A DNA stretch of 64,000 bases, from NCBI GenBank assembly GCA_035631655.1, contig DASQIH010000127.1, positions 6,789 through 70,788 of the forward strand, read 5' to 3'. The notes beneath the pieces are model-generated. The model searched no databases. It had not been told where the DNA came from and saw only the letters and a program-made list of their open reading frames with translations. This document shows positions 47,965 to 57,000 of this stretch, one piece after another (the stretch's first letter is position 1; every line of letters starts with the position of its first letter). Source of the DNA: Terriglobales bacterium. GTDB lineage: Bacteria; Acidobacteriota; Terriglobia; Terriglobales; Acidobacteriaceae. A program made the translations under genes and the position numbers.

Positions 47965-47988
47965 AAGGGCGGCCGCTTGGCCGCCCTT
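47965..47988. terminator. bidirectional intrinsic terminator between convergent ftsK and omp genes
   Basis: AAGGGCGGCC-GCTT-GGCCGCCCTT, a perfect 10-bp stem, flanked by an A-run on the left (AAAAAA) and CTTCTTT on the right. Confidence 0.65.
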
Positions 47989-48002
47989 CTTCTTTGAAGC
48001 TT

Positions 48003-48536
48003 CTAGAAACGCAGCACAACGCCGGTTGAGATCCGTGCGTTCTTGCTTTCACCGACTCCCGAGAAGTGATAGTAGACCCAATCCGCTTGCACCACGCGGA
48101 TAGCGAAATTCCTGCTCACTCTCGCGTCCACGCCTCCACCCATAGCCATCGTGAAGCCGTTATCGCTGCCGGCGCCGAACACACCAGCATCTGCGGCAGC
48201 GTGTGCTCCTCCAAATAGCGCATGCACGAAGGGATTGATTTTTCCCGAGTGATTCAAGGAAACCACTGGACCGAACGTGTAGCTATAAACTTTGAAGGAA
48301 ACTCCACTGATAGTCTTGTATGCGCCGCTGAAATCAGCTGCCACACCAAGGTGCTGGTTGAAATTGCCGGTTAGAGAAGCGTTCCAGCCATTGGCGTTGA
48401 TGCCTGTGCCGCCGCCACTAACACGGGTGTACTGATATCCGCCAAAAATCTCCGCCTTGGGAGTCTCACCTTCCTGCGCGATCGCGAACGCCGACAACAA
48501 AGCTACAGCAACAACCGCTATGAGGCATTTATGCAT
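48003..48536 (-). CDS. small outer-membrane beta-barrel protein (OmpA-beta-barrel/OmpW-like)
   Basis: Signal peptide ...AFAIAQ, alternating beta-strand pattern, aromatic girdle and a C-terminal ...STGVVLRF ending in Phe. Confidence 0.7.
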   Translation of the reverse strand: MHKCLIAVVAVALLSAFAIAQEGETPKAEIFGGYQYTRVSGGGTGINANGWNASLTGNFNQHLGVAADFSGAYKTISGVSFKVYSYTFGPVVSLNHSGKINPFVHALFGGAHAAADAGVFGAGSDNGFTMAMGGGVDARVSRNFAIRVVQADWVYYHFSGVGESKNARISTGVVLRF

Positions 48537-48708
48537 TCTTCTTCTCCTTTTGCATGATGAATGTTTACTGCAATAAAGCTCACCGAGTTAATGATCGGTG
48601 CATACAGCCAATTCGCCCTGATTTGGATCTCAAGTCAGGAACTCACCAGTAGACACTGAGCATCCCTATGAATACAAGAAACGAAGGTAACCATATCGGT
48701 TCTGCCCC

Positions 48709-49183
48709 TTAGAACCGCAGCACGATTCCGGTTGAAACGCGGGCGTTCTTCCTGTCGGTCACACCCGAGGAGCGCAAGATTTCCCAATCCGCCTGCACAA
48801 CTCGGAACGCCAGCCCATGCTTCATGCCGGCATCAATTCCGCCGCCCAGAAACATCGCGAATCCGTTCGCGCTTCCCGACAGCCCGCTGACGGAAGTGCG
48901 AAAGCCGCCGAACAGGGCATGCACAAACGGGCTGATCGAGCCCTTGCCGGCGGAAATGGTCGGGCCAAACGTGTAGGTGTTGGGTGGTGTAAGCACCACT
49001 GAAGTCTGCCGTCACACCCAGGAAGGAATTCAAATTGTAGGTGGCCGACGCATTCCAGCCGTTGGCGTTGATCCCGGGATCCAGGTGCGTGTACTGGTAA
49101 CCGCCAAATACTTCTGCCTTTTGTGCCAGCGCAGGCAGTGAGATCAAGCCAATAACAACCACCAGCAGTATGCACTGCTTCAT
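48709..49183 (-). pseudogene. frameshifted tandem paralog of the 48003-48536 outer-membrane beta-barrel gene
   Basis: The N-terminal 65 aa (MKQCILLVVVIGLISLPALAQKAEVFGGYQYT...GVTADFSGAYTT) are in one frame. The C-terminal 92 aa (PNTYTFGPTIS...ARVSTGIVLRF) are in another. The junction lies in the CCACCC run at ~48982-48990. Confidence 0.6.
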
Positions 49184-49490
49184 GAGGTTCCCTCCGAGAG
49201 CCGTCCTTAGTCAGAATTGTCCCGCCACTCCTTGGTGCTGAATAGTAGCTTTCCGGATGTCCCCCACAGCCGTCACTGCGAGCAGCGATGCCGCCAATGT
49301 CGCAATAAACTTCATGGTACGTATGACTTGCCTAAAAAATTGCCCCAGACAGCGTCGGCGCAGCCCGCAACGCGGTGACCTAAGTCACTGCGCAGAAAAG
49401 ATAGACCGCTGACAATTAGAGTGTGTAAGTGTCTCCCGGAAGAAGCAGGCAATCTGTCACGGGGTTCGGCTTTGCGAAAGGAGAGGCGCG

Positions 49491-49922
49491 ATGAGACTAT
49501 CCAGCATATTCTTGGCAGCCATCTTCGCCGTCGCAGTCATTGCCGTTCTGCTGATGGTTCTAGGCGTCAACTTTCATCCACCTGTGCCCGCCCAGGGCGC
49601 AGCGCTCTACAACCCAGCCAACGAGGTGCTGGTCAAAGGCGTGGTCACAGAAGTAAAAGAATTCACTTGCCCGGTCAGTGAGGGAGAGATGGGTAGCCAT
49701 CTCATGCTGAATACGGCGAATGGAGTTCTTACCATTCATCTGGCGCAGGGACGCATCCTGCGGAGCCAGCAAATAAGTTTTGCCCCCGGTGATCAGATCG
49801 CGGTCGTCGGTTCCAAGGTCCGCATCCAGGGAAGCAACGATGTCATTGCACGCGAGATCACGCGTGGAAATGAGATCTTCATGTTTCGCGACCGCACCGG
49901 CAAGCTTATGCTCGTGCAATAG
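49491..49922 (+). CDS. hypothetical anchored/secreted small beta-rich (OB-fold-like) protein
   Basis: AAAGGAGAGG RBS and an N-terminal TM (IFLAAIFAVAVIAVLLMVL). The pattern VKGVVTEV...GSHLMLNT.NGVLTIHLA...GD.IAVVGS is recurrent in small periplasmic proteins. Function unknown. Confidence 0.5.
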   Translation: MRLSSIFLAAIFAVAVIAVLLMVLGVNFHPPVPAQGAALYNPANEVLVKGVVTEVKEFTCPVSEGEMGSHLMLNTANGVLTIHLAQGRILRSQQISFAPGDQIAVVGSKVRIQGSNDVIAREITRGNEIFMFRDRTGKLMLVQ

Positions 49923-49984
49923 GTCTAGAGCGCTGGGGAAAAAGAGTACGCGGTCGTAACCGCAGAATGTCTCTAGCTACAGAG

Positions 49985-50749
49985 TCATTGCCCGACAGAT
50001 TTTCCACTATCTGGTTCGGGCACGAACCTGTAACCCACCCCGCGAACTGTGAGCACGTGCCGAGGTCGTGAGGGATCGTCTTCAATATATCGCCGCAGCC
50101 GGACCACAAAGTTGTCGATAGCGCGGGTGTCGGTATCTTCCTTGAGCCCCCAGACTTTCTCCAGGATCGCCTTTCGCGAGACTACTTTGCCGCTGTTCCG
50201 GATCAGATGCCGCAGCAATTCTGCCTCCATCAAAGTCAGATGAATCGTGTTCCCATTGACCCGCAACTCTAGCGTGCCGAAGTCGATCGTTCTCCCGCTG
50301 AACGTAACCACTTCATCGGTACTCCCCGACGCAGAGCCGGGCGTTCCAGCCGAAGCCGCTTCCCGGCTTCGACGCATCCACCCGCTTCTGCGCAGCAGAC
50401 CTTGAAGCCGGGCCAGCAGGATGGCTAACTCGAAGGGTTTTGGCAGATAGTCATCGGCTCCGGAAGCAAAGCCCTTCAGCACATCCTCGGGCCTTCCGCG
50501 CGCCGTCAGCATGAGCACCGGGACGTAATTCTCAGCCGCCCGCAACTCGGACGCAACCGTAAAACCATCCTTGCCCGGAAGCATCACGTCGAGCACGACA
50601 GCGTCAAACTCTTCCTTCTTTTTCAGGAGCAGATCGAGGGCGGTCTCCGCGTCGACGGCCACCCGAACGGAATGGCCTTCCGCCTCAAGATTGAATTGGA
50701 GCCCACTGGCGAGGTGGGCCTCATCTTCCACGATCAGGACGCGGCTCAT
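49985..50749 (-). CDS. OmpR/PhoB-family response regulator
   Basis: REC (RVLIVEDE...VVLDVMLPGKDG...KPF) plus a winged-helix output (TVRGVGYRF). Confidence 0.85.
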   Translation of the reverse strand: MSRVLIVEDEAHLASGLQFNLEAEGHSVRVAVDAETALDLLLKKKEEFDAVVLDVMLPGKDGFTVASELRAAENYVPVLMLTARGRPEDVLKGFASGADDYLPKPFELAILLARLQGLLRRSGWMRRSREAASAGTPGSASGSTDEVVTFSGRTIDFGTLELRVNGNTIHLTLMEAELLRHLIRNSGKVVSRKAILEKVWGLKEDTDTRAIDNFVVRLRRYIEDDPSRPRHVLTVRGVGYRFVPEPDSGKSVGQ

Positions 50750-51651
50750 GAGGCACTCCTGGGCAATTCCAGGGTAACCGTCGTGCCGTGCCCTTCCCCT
50801 TCGCTTTCGGCGAACACCTTGCCCCCGTGTTTGCGCGCGATGGAGCGCACAATGAATAAACCCAGCCCGGTGCCTTTCACCTGGCCGACTGACCGATTGG
50901 GCACACGATAGAAGCGCTTGAAAATTCGCTTCAACTCGTGCGCCGGAATACCAACGCCATGGTCGCGTACGCGCAGAACCACGTGGCGGTCATCGGGCGT
51001 CGCCAATTGCACGGCCACATCCACCTGGCTTCCAGAATACTTGATCGCGTTATCGAGCACGTTGGATACAGCCGTGTGCAATTCTTCCGGATCTCCGGTC
51101 ACGTTTGCGCTCCCGTTGCTCGAGGAACCGTCCATGTACAGAGCCCCGGGTGGCAAATGATGACGCGTGATGGCGAGGTCGATGCACTCCTGTACGAGGC
51201 TACCGAAATCCACTTCCCTGACTTCGCGTCCCGCGCGCTTGGCACCGGCGCGCCCGGCTTTCAAAACCTGCTCGACAGTACCCAGCAGCCGATCGCTGTC
51301 CAGGAGCATAAGACGATAGAAATCGCGCCGCTGGTTTTCGTCCACCTCGCGCCGCTGCAGGGTTTCCAGATAGAGCCGAATCGAGGTGATGGGGGTTTTC
51401 AGTTCGTGCGTCACGGCATTGATAAAGCTGTCATGCTGCTCGTTGCGCCGGATTTCGCGCACCAGGAAGATGGTATTGAGGATGAGACCGGCGGTAATGG
51501 CGCCAAAGAAAATGACTCCCAGGAACACCTTCAGCCCTTCCCGCCAGTTCAGGATGATCCAGCCGAACCCGACGGCTACGGCCACCGCCGCGAGGCAGAC
51601 CCCGAGCGACAGAAAGAACACGATCGCCTTGCGCCGGCTAGTGATACGCAT
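50746..51651 (-). CDS. sensor histidine kinase (two TM, minimal periplasmic loop)
   Basis: H-box FINAVTHELKTPITSI, N-box NVLDNAIKYS and G-boxes DHGVGI / GTGLGL. It overlaps the regulator gene by 4 nt. Confidence 0.85.
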   Translation of the reverse strand: MRITSRRKAIVFFLSLGVCLAAVAVAVGFGWIILNWREGLKVFLGVIFFGAITAGLILNTIFLVREIRRNEQHDSFINAVTHELKTPITSIRLYLETLQRREVDENQRRDFYRLMLLDSDRLLGTVEQVLKAGRAGAKRAGREVREVDFGSLVQECIDLAITRHHLPPGALYMDGSSSNGSANVTGDPEELHTAVSNVLDNAIKYSGSQVDVAVQLATPDDRHVVLRVRDHGVGIPAHELKRIFKRFYRVPNRSVGQVKGTGLGLFIVRSIARKHGGKVFAESEGEGHGTTVTLELPRSAS

Positions 51652-52032
51652 AGTGTGATTTTAGCGCGATAAAACTACACAATCGAAGCGCAGGGGGAGG
51701 ATTGCTGCACAGGCTCCCCCGGCCGGATTTTGGTTGAACACTTTTCGGAGATACGATAGCTTTACATGCAGTTTGCCCCCCCAGAGCCAAGCTAACATTC
51801 GGTCCTCCGTCTTGGCGCTCAAAGATGAGCTTTAATTTTTCTTGATAGGTGGCACACAAGACGCGAGTCGCAAGGGTAAGTTCTACACCACGGGTTACAC
51901 CGTGGGGCTGATGATCGGGGCTGTCTCTGCACGCGAGGAGCTGATCCTTGTAATTGCCCGAGTCTTTAGGAGAAAGCAATGAAACCCTGCACTGTCCCGC
52001 CCACGAGGGCGACGCTGAATCTCACCGGTCGC

Positions 52033-53292
52033 ATGGCTGTCGTGCAAGCATTTGCCCTGCTGCTCGGAATCCTGGTGAGCACCACGGTCGTCGAGGCGCA
52101 GCAAACGTCCGATCCTCCGGATCAGGATAAACAAACCATACGGATGCTGCTGCAACGTATTGACCAACTGGAGGCCAGAGTCGGCCAACTGGAGGCAGGC
52201 AGGCAAGCGGCGCCCCAGGCAGCACCGGCCCAGGCGGCGCCGCCGGCCACTACCCCGCCTGAAACTGAAACCGAGGCGCAGGCGGAACAGCCGCTCGAGC
52301 CGGAGAGAATGGACCTTAGCAAAACTCTGCTGCGCATGCGGGGATTCGGCGACATCACGCTTCACGGCGACAACCAGAAAGGCGACACCACCTCTTTCAG
52401 CCTGGGACAGCTGAACCTGTTCGTCACCTCGGATGTCTCTGAGAGGTTCAAGTTCCTGAGCGAAATTGTCTTTGAGGCCGGACCCAACAACACCGTCGGC
52501 GTGGATGTCGAGCGCCTGCTCCTGCAGTATTCTCCTAACGACTACTTTAATTTGGCGGTGGGCCGGTACCATACCGCCATCGGCTACTACAACACCGCCT
52601 ATCACCACAGCACCTGGTTCCAGACGACTACGGGCCGACCTTTTCTTTTTGAGTTCGAGGACAAGGGCGGGCCGTTGCCCATCCACAACGTCGGGGTCTC
52701 CGCCTCTGGGCTGATACCCTCCGGACGCCTGGGCTTGCACTACGTCGCCGAAGTCGGCAATGGACGTGCCTCCCGTTCTGCGGCCAGCGAACCGGTACAA
52801 AACGTGGTCGATGAGAACAATCACAAAGCGTTCAACCTGGCGTTTTTCGTGCGACCGGAGTCGGTTCGCGGGTTGCAAGCAGGCTTCTCGGTCTATCGTG
52901 ACGTGCTGACCCCGATCAATTTGCCGAGAATCGGTGAAACTATTCTGGCCGCTCATGCGGTGTTGGTGCGTCCGAAATTCGAGTGGTTGAACGAGGCGCT
53001 GGTCATCCGTCACGCGCCGTTCGGAGAGTCGCATGTGTTTGATACGCCCGCGTTCTATACTCAGCTTTCCAAGCAGTTTGGCTCCTACCGGCCCTACTTC
53101 CGTTATCAATATATGAACGAATCGGCGGCGGAGCCGGTTTTCCCGAACATCGGCCTGCGCCACGGTCCCTCGGTAGGTCTGCGGTACGATGCGAGCGAGT
53201 CGGTTGCCGTGAAACTGCAATATGACTACACGCGACTGCGCCAGCAAGAGGCAATTAATGGATTAGCGCTCCAAGTCGGGTTTACGTTCTAG
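52033..53292 (+). CDS. putative outer-membrane porin (N-terminal coiled coil plus beta-barrel)
   Basis: Signal peptide ...TTVVEAQQ, coiled coil LLQRIDQLEARVGQLEA and a Pro/Ala linker. A long alternating beta pattern ends in LQVGFTF (terminal Phe). Confidence 0.6.
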   Translation: MAVVQAFALLLGILVSTTVVEAQQTSDPPDQDKQTIRMLLQRIDQLEARVGQLEAGRQAAPQAAPAQAAPPATTPPETETEAQAEQPLEPERMDLSKTLLRMRGFGDITLHGDNQKGDTTSFSLGQLNLFVTSDVSERFKFLSEIVFEAGPNNTVGVDVERLLLQYSPNDYFNLAVGRYHTAIGYYNTAYHHSTWFQTTTGRPFLFEFEDKGGPLPIHNVGVSASGLIPSGRLGLHYVAEVGNGRASRSAASEPVQNVVDENNHKAFNLAFFVRPESVRGLQAGFSVYRDVLTPINLPRIGETILAAHAVLVRPKFEWLNEALVIRHAPFGESHVFDTPAFYTQLSKQFGSYRPYFRYQYMNESAAEPVFPNIGLRHGPSVGLRYDASESVAVKLQYDYTRLRQQEAINGLALQVGFTF

Positions 53293-53826
53293 ATGAGTGC
53301 AGAGCGACAATCCGTGCTGCGGGTTCTGCTCATCCTGGCGGTGACGACGTTAGGGACAGCGCCGGGGAATGCCGGAGCTGCCGCCAGCCCGCCGACCAAT
53401 TCCGGGCAGAACCTGGCCATTATCGTGAACCAGTCCAACCCCGTCGAAAACCTCTCCTCGACGGAGCTGCGTCGCATCTTCCTGGGAGAGCGAAGTCACT
53501 GGCCGAACGGCCGTCGCATCACCCTGGTGATGATGCAGCCCGGTGAACCGGAACGTGACGCCGTCCTCCGCGAAGTCTGCCGCATGAGCGAGAAGGACTT
53601 TAACAATCATTTTTTGCACGGCCTGTTTACCGGCGAGGTCTTTGCTTCGCCGAAAACCCTGGCCTCGCCCGTGGGTGTTCGTAAGTTTGTGTTTAATGTG
53701 CCGGGAGCCATCGGTTATCTGCGCACCTCAGATGTTGACGCCTCGGTTAAAGTCGTTCGAATTGACGGGCTTCTTCCCAGCGACCGGGACTATAAGATTC
53801 AAGTGCAGGCCCGCTCGGCCAAGTAA
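53293..53826 (+). CDS. secreted PstS/PBP-like half-domain protein
   Basis: Signal peptide, then LAIIVNQSNPVENLSSTELRRIFLGERSHWPNG..I and GAIGYL. This resembles the phosphate-binding-protein-like (PBP_like_2) fold but is only ~150 aa. ATG abuts the porin stop (TAGATG). Confidence 0.55.
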   Translation: MSAERQSVLRVLLILAVTTLGTAPGNAGAAASPPTNSGQNLAIIVNQSNPVENLSSTELRRIFLGERSHWPNGRRITLVMMQPGEPERDAVLREVCRMSEKDFNNHFLHGLFTGEVFASPKTLASPVGVRKFVFNVPGAIGYLRTSDVDASVKVVRIDGLLPSDRDYKIQVQARSAK

Positions 53827-53827
53827 T

Positions 53828-55312
53828 ATGAGCGAGAAAACCAAGGACGCCGCAGAACACAGTACGCTTCGGGCCATTCCCCTCATGCGCATTGTGTCGG
53901 GCCTGTTAGCCCGCAACAGCTACACCCTGTTGCTGCTGTTGGTTTTTGGTATCGAGGTGGGGGTTGGTGTTTTCGTGATACGCGATCTGCACACCGCTGA
54001 CGTTGAGGCACAGAGAATGTATGCCGGATCTGTGCTCGGGCTGCGCCGGATTGGAGAGTTGCAGTATCAGGCCCAGGAGACGCGCCGCAGCACCCTCTAT
54101 GCCTTGACCACCAACGACAGTAATCTCCAGGTCGAATATGCCGACCAGTCGCGGGAGGCTGATCGCCGGGTCACCGATGGCATTCGCGAGTATGTGGAGC
54201 AGGCGCGCATCGCGCGAGAAGTTGACCTCGGCAAGCGTCTCGAACGCGACTGGTCGGCGTATCTCCACGTCCGAGACGAGGTCTTAGCCTCGATTCTCGA
54301 AGGCAGCACGCGAGAAGCTGTCCAGTTTGATCTCACCGGAGGCGTGCCCTCGTTCGAGCGTGTCCGCCAGGATCTGGAGGAGGTCAAGCGGCTCTACGAC
54401 GAACAGGCCTCCGAGCGGCTCGCGATCGTGGCGGGATCTTCGCACCGTTCTGCGGGCAGGCTGATTGCTGTCCTGGGCTTCACCTTGCTGTTTGCCAGCA
54501 CTTCCATCTGGGCCATCCAAAGAAGCAAAATGATGGGTGCGGTGCAACTCGCTCAGTTGCAGATGGATTTTGTGGCCTCGGTCTCTCATGAATTACGCAC
54601 GCCCCTGGCGGTCATCTGTTCGGCTGCCGACAACATTGCTGATGGGGTGGTGGAGGGAAAGGAACAATTGACCAGGTATGGCGTGGTGATCAGGAACCAA
54701 ACTCGCCAGATCACCGAACTGGTGAATGATATTCTGCTGTTTGCCTCCGCTAAAGATAGGGAGATCCGCTACAAACTGCGCCCGCTACAAGTTCAGGAAA
54801 TCGTGCAATCGGTCATCGAAAACACCGCCGAACTGGTGCGCGGCTCAGGGTTTGTGATTGAGCAGCACATCGCGCCAGGATTACCTTACGTGATGGGGGA
54901 TCTATCGGCACTCTCCCAGTGCCTGCAGAACTTGATTGTGAATGCGGTGAAGTACAGTGGCGAGAACCGTTGGATTTCGGTCCGTGCCGTGTTGGACCAT
55001 GCCCAAAGCCGGCTCCACAAAGAAGTCCGGATCAGCGTTCAGGACCGCGGGATTGGCATCGCCAGCTCAGAATTGCCGCACATTTTCGAGCCGTTTTATC
55101 GCAGCCCGGCCGTGATCGCGACCCAGATTCACGGGACCGGCTTGGGCTTACCTCTAGCCAAGAACATTGCGGAAGCGATGGGAGGAAAGCTTACGGTGGA
55201 CAGTCAGCTGGGCGCAGGCAGCGTGTTCACTCTCCACCTTCCCCTCATCGAGGAAGCCCAGTTGCACAGGGCGGCAGTTGTTTCCGGACTTGATCAATTG
55301 CAAAAACAATGA
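53828..55312 (+). CDS. sensor histidine kinase with periplasmic four-helix-bundle-like sensor
   Basis: Two TM helices flank a ~170-aa helical periplasmic domain. H-box FVASVSHELRTPLA, N-box NLIVNAVKYS and G-boxes DRGIGI / GTGLGL. ATG lies 1 nt after the preceding stop. Confidence 0.85.
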   Translation: MSEKTKDAAEHSTLRAIPLMRIVSGLLARNSYTLLLLLVFGIEVGVGVFVIRDLHTADVEAQRMYAGSVLGLRRIGELQYQAQETRRSTLYALTTNDSNLQVEYADQSREADRRVTDGIREYVEQARIAREVDLGKRLERDWSAYLHVRDEVLASILEGSTREAVQFDLTGGVPSFERVRQDLEEVKRLYDEQASERLAIVAGSSHRSAGRLIAVLGFTLLFASTSIWAIQRSKMMGAVQLAQLQMDFVASVSHELRTPLAVICSAADNIADGVVEGKEQLTRYGVVIRNQTRQITELVNDILLFASAKDREIRYKLRPLQVQEIVQSVIENTAELVRGSGFVIEQHIAPGLPYVMGDLSALSQCLQNLIVNAVKYSGENRWISVRAVLDHAQSRLHKEVRISVQDRGIGIASSELPHIFEPFYRSPAVIATQIHGTGLGLPLAKNIAEAMGGKLTVDSQLGAGSVFTLHLPLIEEAQLHRAAVVSGLDQLQKQ

Positions 55313-55989
55313 ACGAAAATATTCTGCTAGTTGAAGACGAAGAAGCGTTGCGCATGACTCTTACCGACCGCTTGCGCAGCGAGGGCTATGTTGTCGACTT
55401 TGCGGCCGACGGCGAGCAAGGATTCGACAAGGCGACACGCTTACCTTTTGACTTGATCATACTCGATGTCATGCTGCCGTTGCGCAATGGCTTTGACGTC
55501 TGCCGCGACATCCGGCATGCAGGCTTGGCCACGCCCATTCTGCTGCTGACGGCGCGCGGCCAAACCGTCGACAAGGTGGTTGGTCTTAAACTCGGAGCCG
55601 ACGACTACGTCACCAAACCATTCGATACCCTGGAACTGATGGCCCGCATCGAGGCCCTCCTGCGCCGCCTGCCGACGCGAACTGGCCAGGGAATCTTCCA
55701 CTTCGGATCCATTCGCGTAGATGTTCGCGGCACCAAGGTCATGCGCGACGGCAAACCAGTTTATCTCTCTGCCCGGGAGTTTCAGCTCCTGCGTTATTTC
55801 GCCGAACACGCGGGAGCCACCCTTTCTCGTGACGACATCCTGAGCGAAGTATGGGGTTATGACGCGGGCACTTACACCCGCACGGTCGATGTGCACGTGG
55901 CTGGCTTGCGCCAGAAACTGGAGAAGGATCCTAAGAAACCAGAATTGATTCTCACCGTACCCGGACTGGGCTACCGGTTCGAAGGATGA
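55309..55989 (+). CDS. OmpR/PhoB-family response regulator
   Basis: ILLVEDEE...LIILDVMLPLRNG...KPF plus a winged helix (TVPGLGYRF). 4-nt overlap with the kinase gene. Confidence 0.85.
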   Translation: MNENILLVEDEEALRMTLTDRLRSEGYVVDFAADGEQGFDKATRLPFDLIILDVMLPLRNGFDVCRDIRHAGLATPILLLTARGQTVDKVVGLKLGADDYVTKPFDTLELMARIEALLRRLPTRTGQGIFHFGSIRVDVRGTKVMRDGKPVYLSAREFQLLRYFAEHAGATLSRDDILSEVWGYDAGTYTRTVDVHVAGLRQKLEKDPKKPELILTVPGLGYRFEG

Positions 55990-56035
55990 ACCGTCACAGC
56001 GTCATTACGCGGATAGGCGAGCTGCAAGTTAGAGT

Positions 56036-56233
56036 CTAGGTCTTTCCCAACTGCCGCAAAACCGACTCAGCTCTTTCCTGCAGTTCGCGCGTATACCACA
56101 AGGGCGCATACCGCCCCAGGAGCTCGTACAAGTCCGCGAAAGCCTCTGCAAGTCGCCTCTGCTCTATCTCCACTTGCGATGCCTGATTCAAATGTTGCGG
56201 GAGACGGCTTGGATCTGACGGGTTACGAATCAT
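56036..56233 (-). CDS. hypothetical small protein
   Basis: MIRNPSDPSRLPQHLNQASQVEIEQRRLAEAFADLYELLGRYAPLWYTRELQERAESVLRQLGKT. Helical with plausible composition, but no motif I recognise. Confidence 0.3.
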   Translation of the reverse strand: MIRNPSDPSRLPQHLNQASQVEIEQRRLAEAFADLYELLGRYAPLWYTRELQERAESVLRQLGKT

Positions 56234-56631
56234 GTCTTTCCTCCCCCAGCCAACACAGCCTGTGAGACCCTTGCTGGCTGCGACAGATCTGGGGGAGGGG
56301 AGAGAACCTGCGCTATTAGACGACAAGTGAGGTCCACATAAGGTAAAAAGCAGGTAAGACAGTTGTAAATTTGTGTAAGCGCATTGTTAACGTTCTTGTC
56401 AACGATAACCGGGGAGCTGCTCTGGTCGCGTTGGAAGGAAGGCATCATTCCACGTTTTTCCCGCTAGTGAGTGGACTTCCAGGAACTCGCCAGAACCATC
56501 GCCATCCGATACACTTTGAAGTTGAAAAAATGCGGCGTCCCCCTTCGCGGCCGCGGCGTTCAGGACAGCGCCCTAACCGATAACTCATTTTCGGAGCTGG
56601 ACTTAGCAGTTCTCTTCCCGCGAGAAGATAC

Positions 56632-57000
56632 ATGGCAAGGTGGATCACCTGGATCGCGGAACAAGACCGGCGCGGCTGGGCGTGCTCCCAGTGTGGCTGG
56701 GAATATCCTCTGCCTTCTCTGTTAAGTGATCCCGAGGCCAAAAGCGCCTATGATCGCCTGGCCCGCGCCAAGTTCGACGAGCACGAGTGCGCAGCCCACC
56801 CCAAGATGGCGGCGCCTGCCGAAGAGGATTGCTTCAGCACTCGAGCGCGCAAGCTTATTTCGCGTGGCTACAAGCCAAAAGATGCGGTGGAACTTGTGCT
56901 TCAGGAAATTATGCTGGAATACCGCAACGAGCCTAAGAAGGTCGAGAAGGCGCGCGCCGACGCGCAAGCATTCTTGAACCACCTTCGCAAGGGATTGTGA
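56632..57000 (+). CDS. hypothetical Cys/His-containing small protein
   Basis: MARWITWIAEQDRRGWACSQCGWEY...DEHECAAHP, a CxxC...HxC..H pattern, followed by a helical C-terminus. No family recognised. Confidence 0.4.
   Translation: MARWITWIAEQDRRGWACSQCGWEYPLPSLLSDPEAKSAYDRLARAKFDEHECAAHPKMAAPAEEDCFSTRARKLISRGYKPKDAVELVLQEIMLEYRNEPKKVEKARADAQAFLNHLRKGL

Noticed and set aside
48560-48600. Hairpin CACCGA-TCATTAAC-TCGGTG (minus strand) between the two OMP paralogs as a terminator.
   Set aside because: Only a 6-bp stem, an 8-nt loop and a poor U tract. Not convincing.
49211-49315. 34-codon minus-strand ORF (MKFIATLAASLLAVTAVGDIRKATIQHQGVAGQF) just upstream of the frameshifted OMP gene.
   Set aside because: It is a signal-peptide-like string only, with no Shine-Dalgarno sequence, and is too short to judge. 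It may be a remnant of another OMP paralog N-terminus.
51895-53247. 450-aa ORF antisense to the porin gene. Similar long antisense ORFs occur at 36523-37560, 18483-19439, 13370-14185, 9710-10564, 41172-41987, 46102-46911, 17040-17906 and 29873-30562.
   Set aside because: Each lies opposite a gene with clear family motifs. Their translations are Arg/Gly/His-rich with no motifs, as expected for stop-poor antisense frames in GC-rich DNA.
56371-56380. Recurrent TGTGTAAG octamer (49421, 56371, 57991) as a possible regulatory motif.
   Set aside because: There are three hits against about one expected by chance, and their orientation relative to neighbouring genes is inconsistent. The evidence is too weak.
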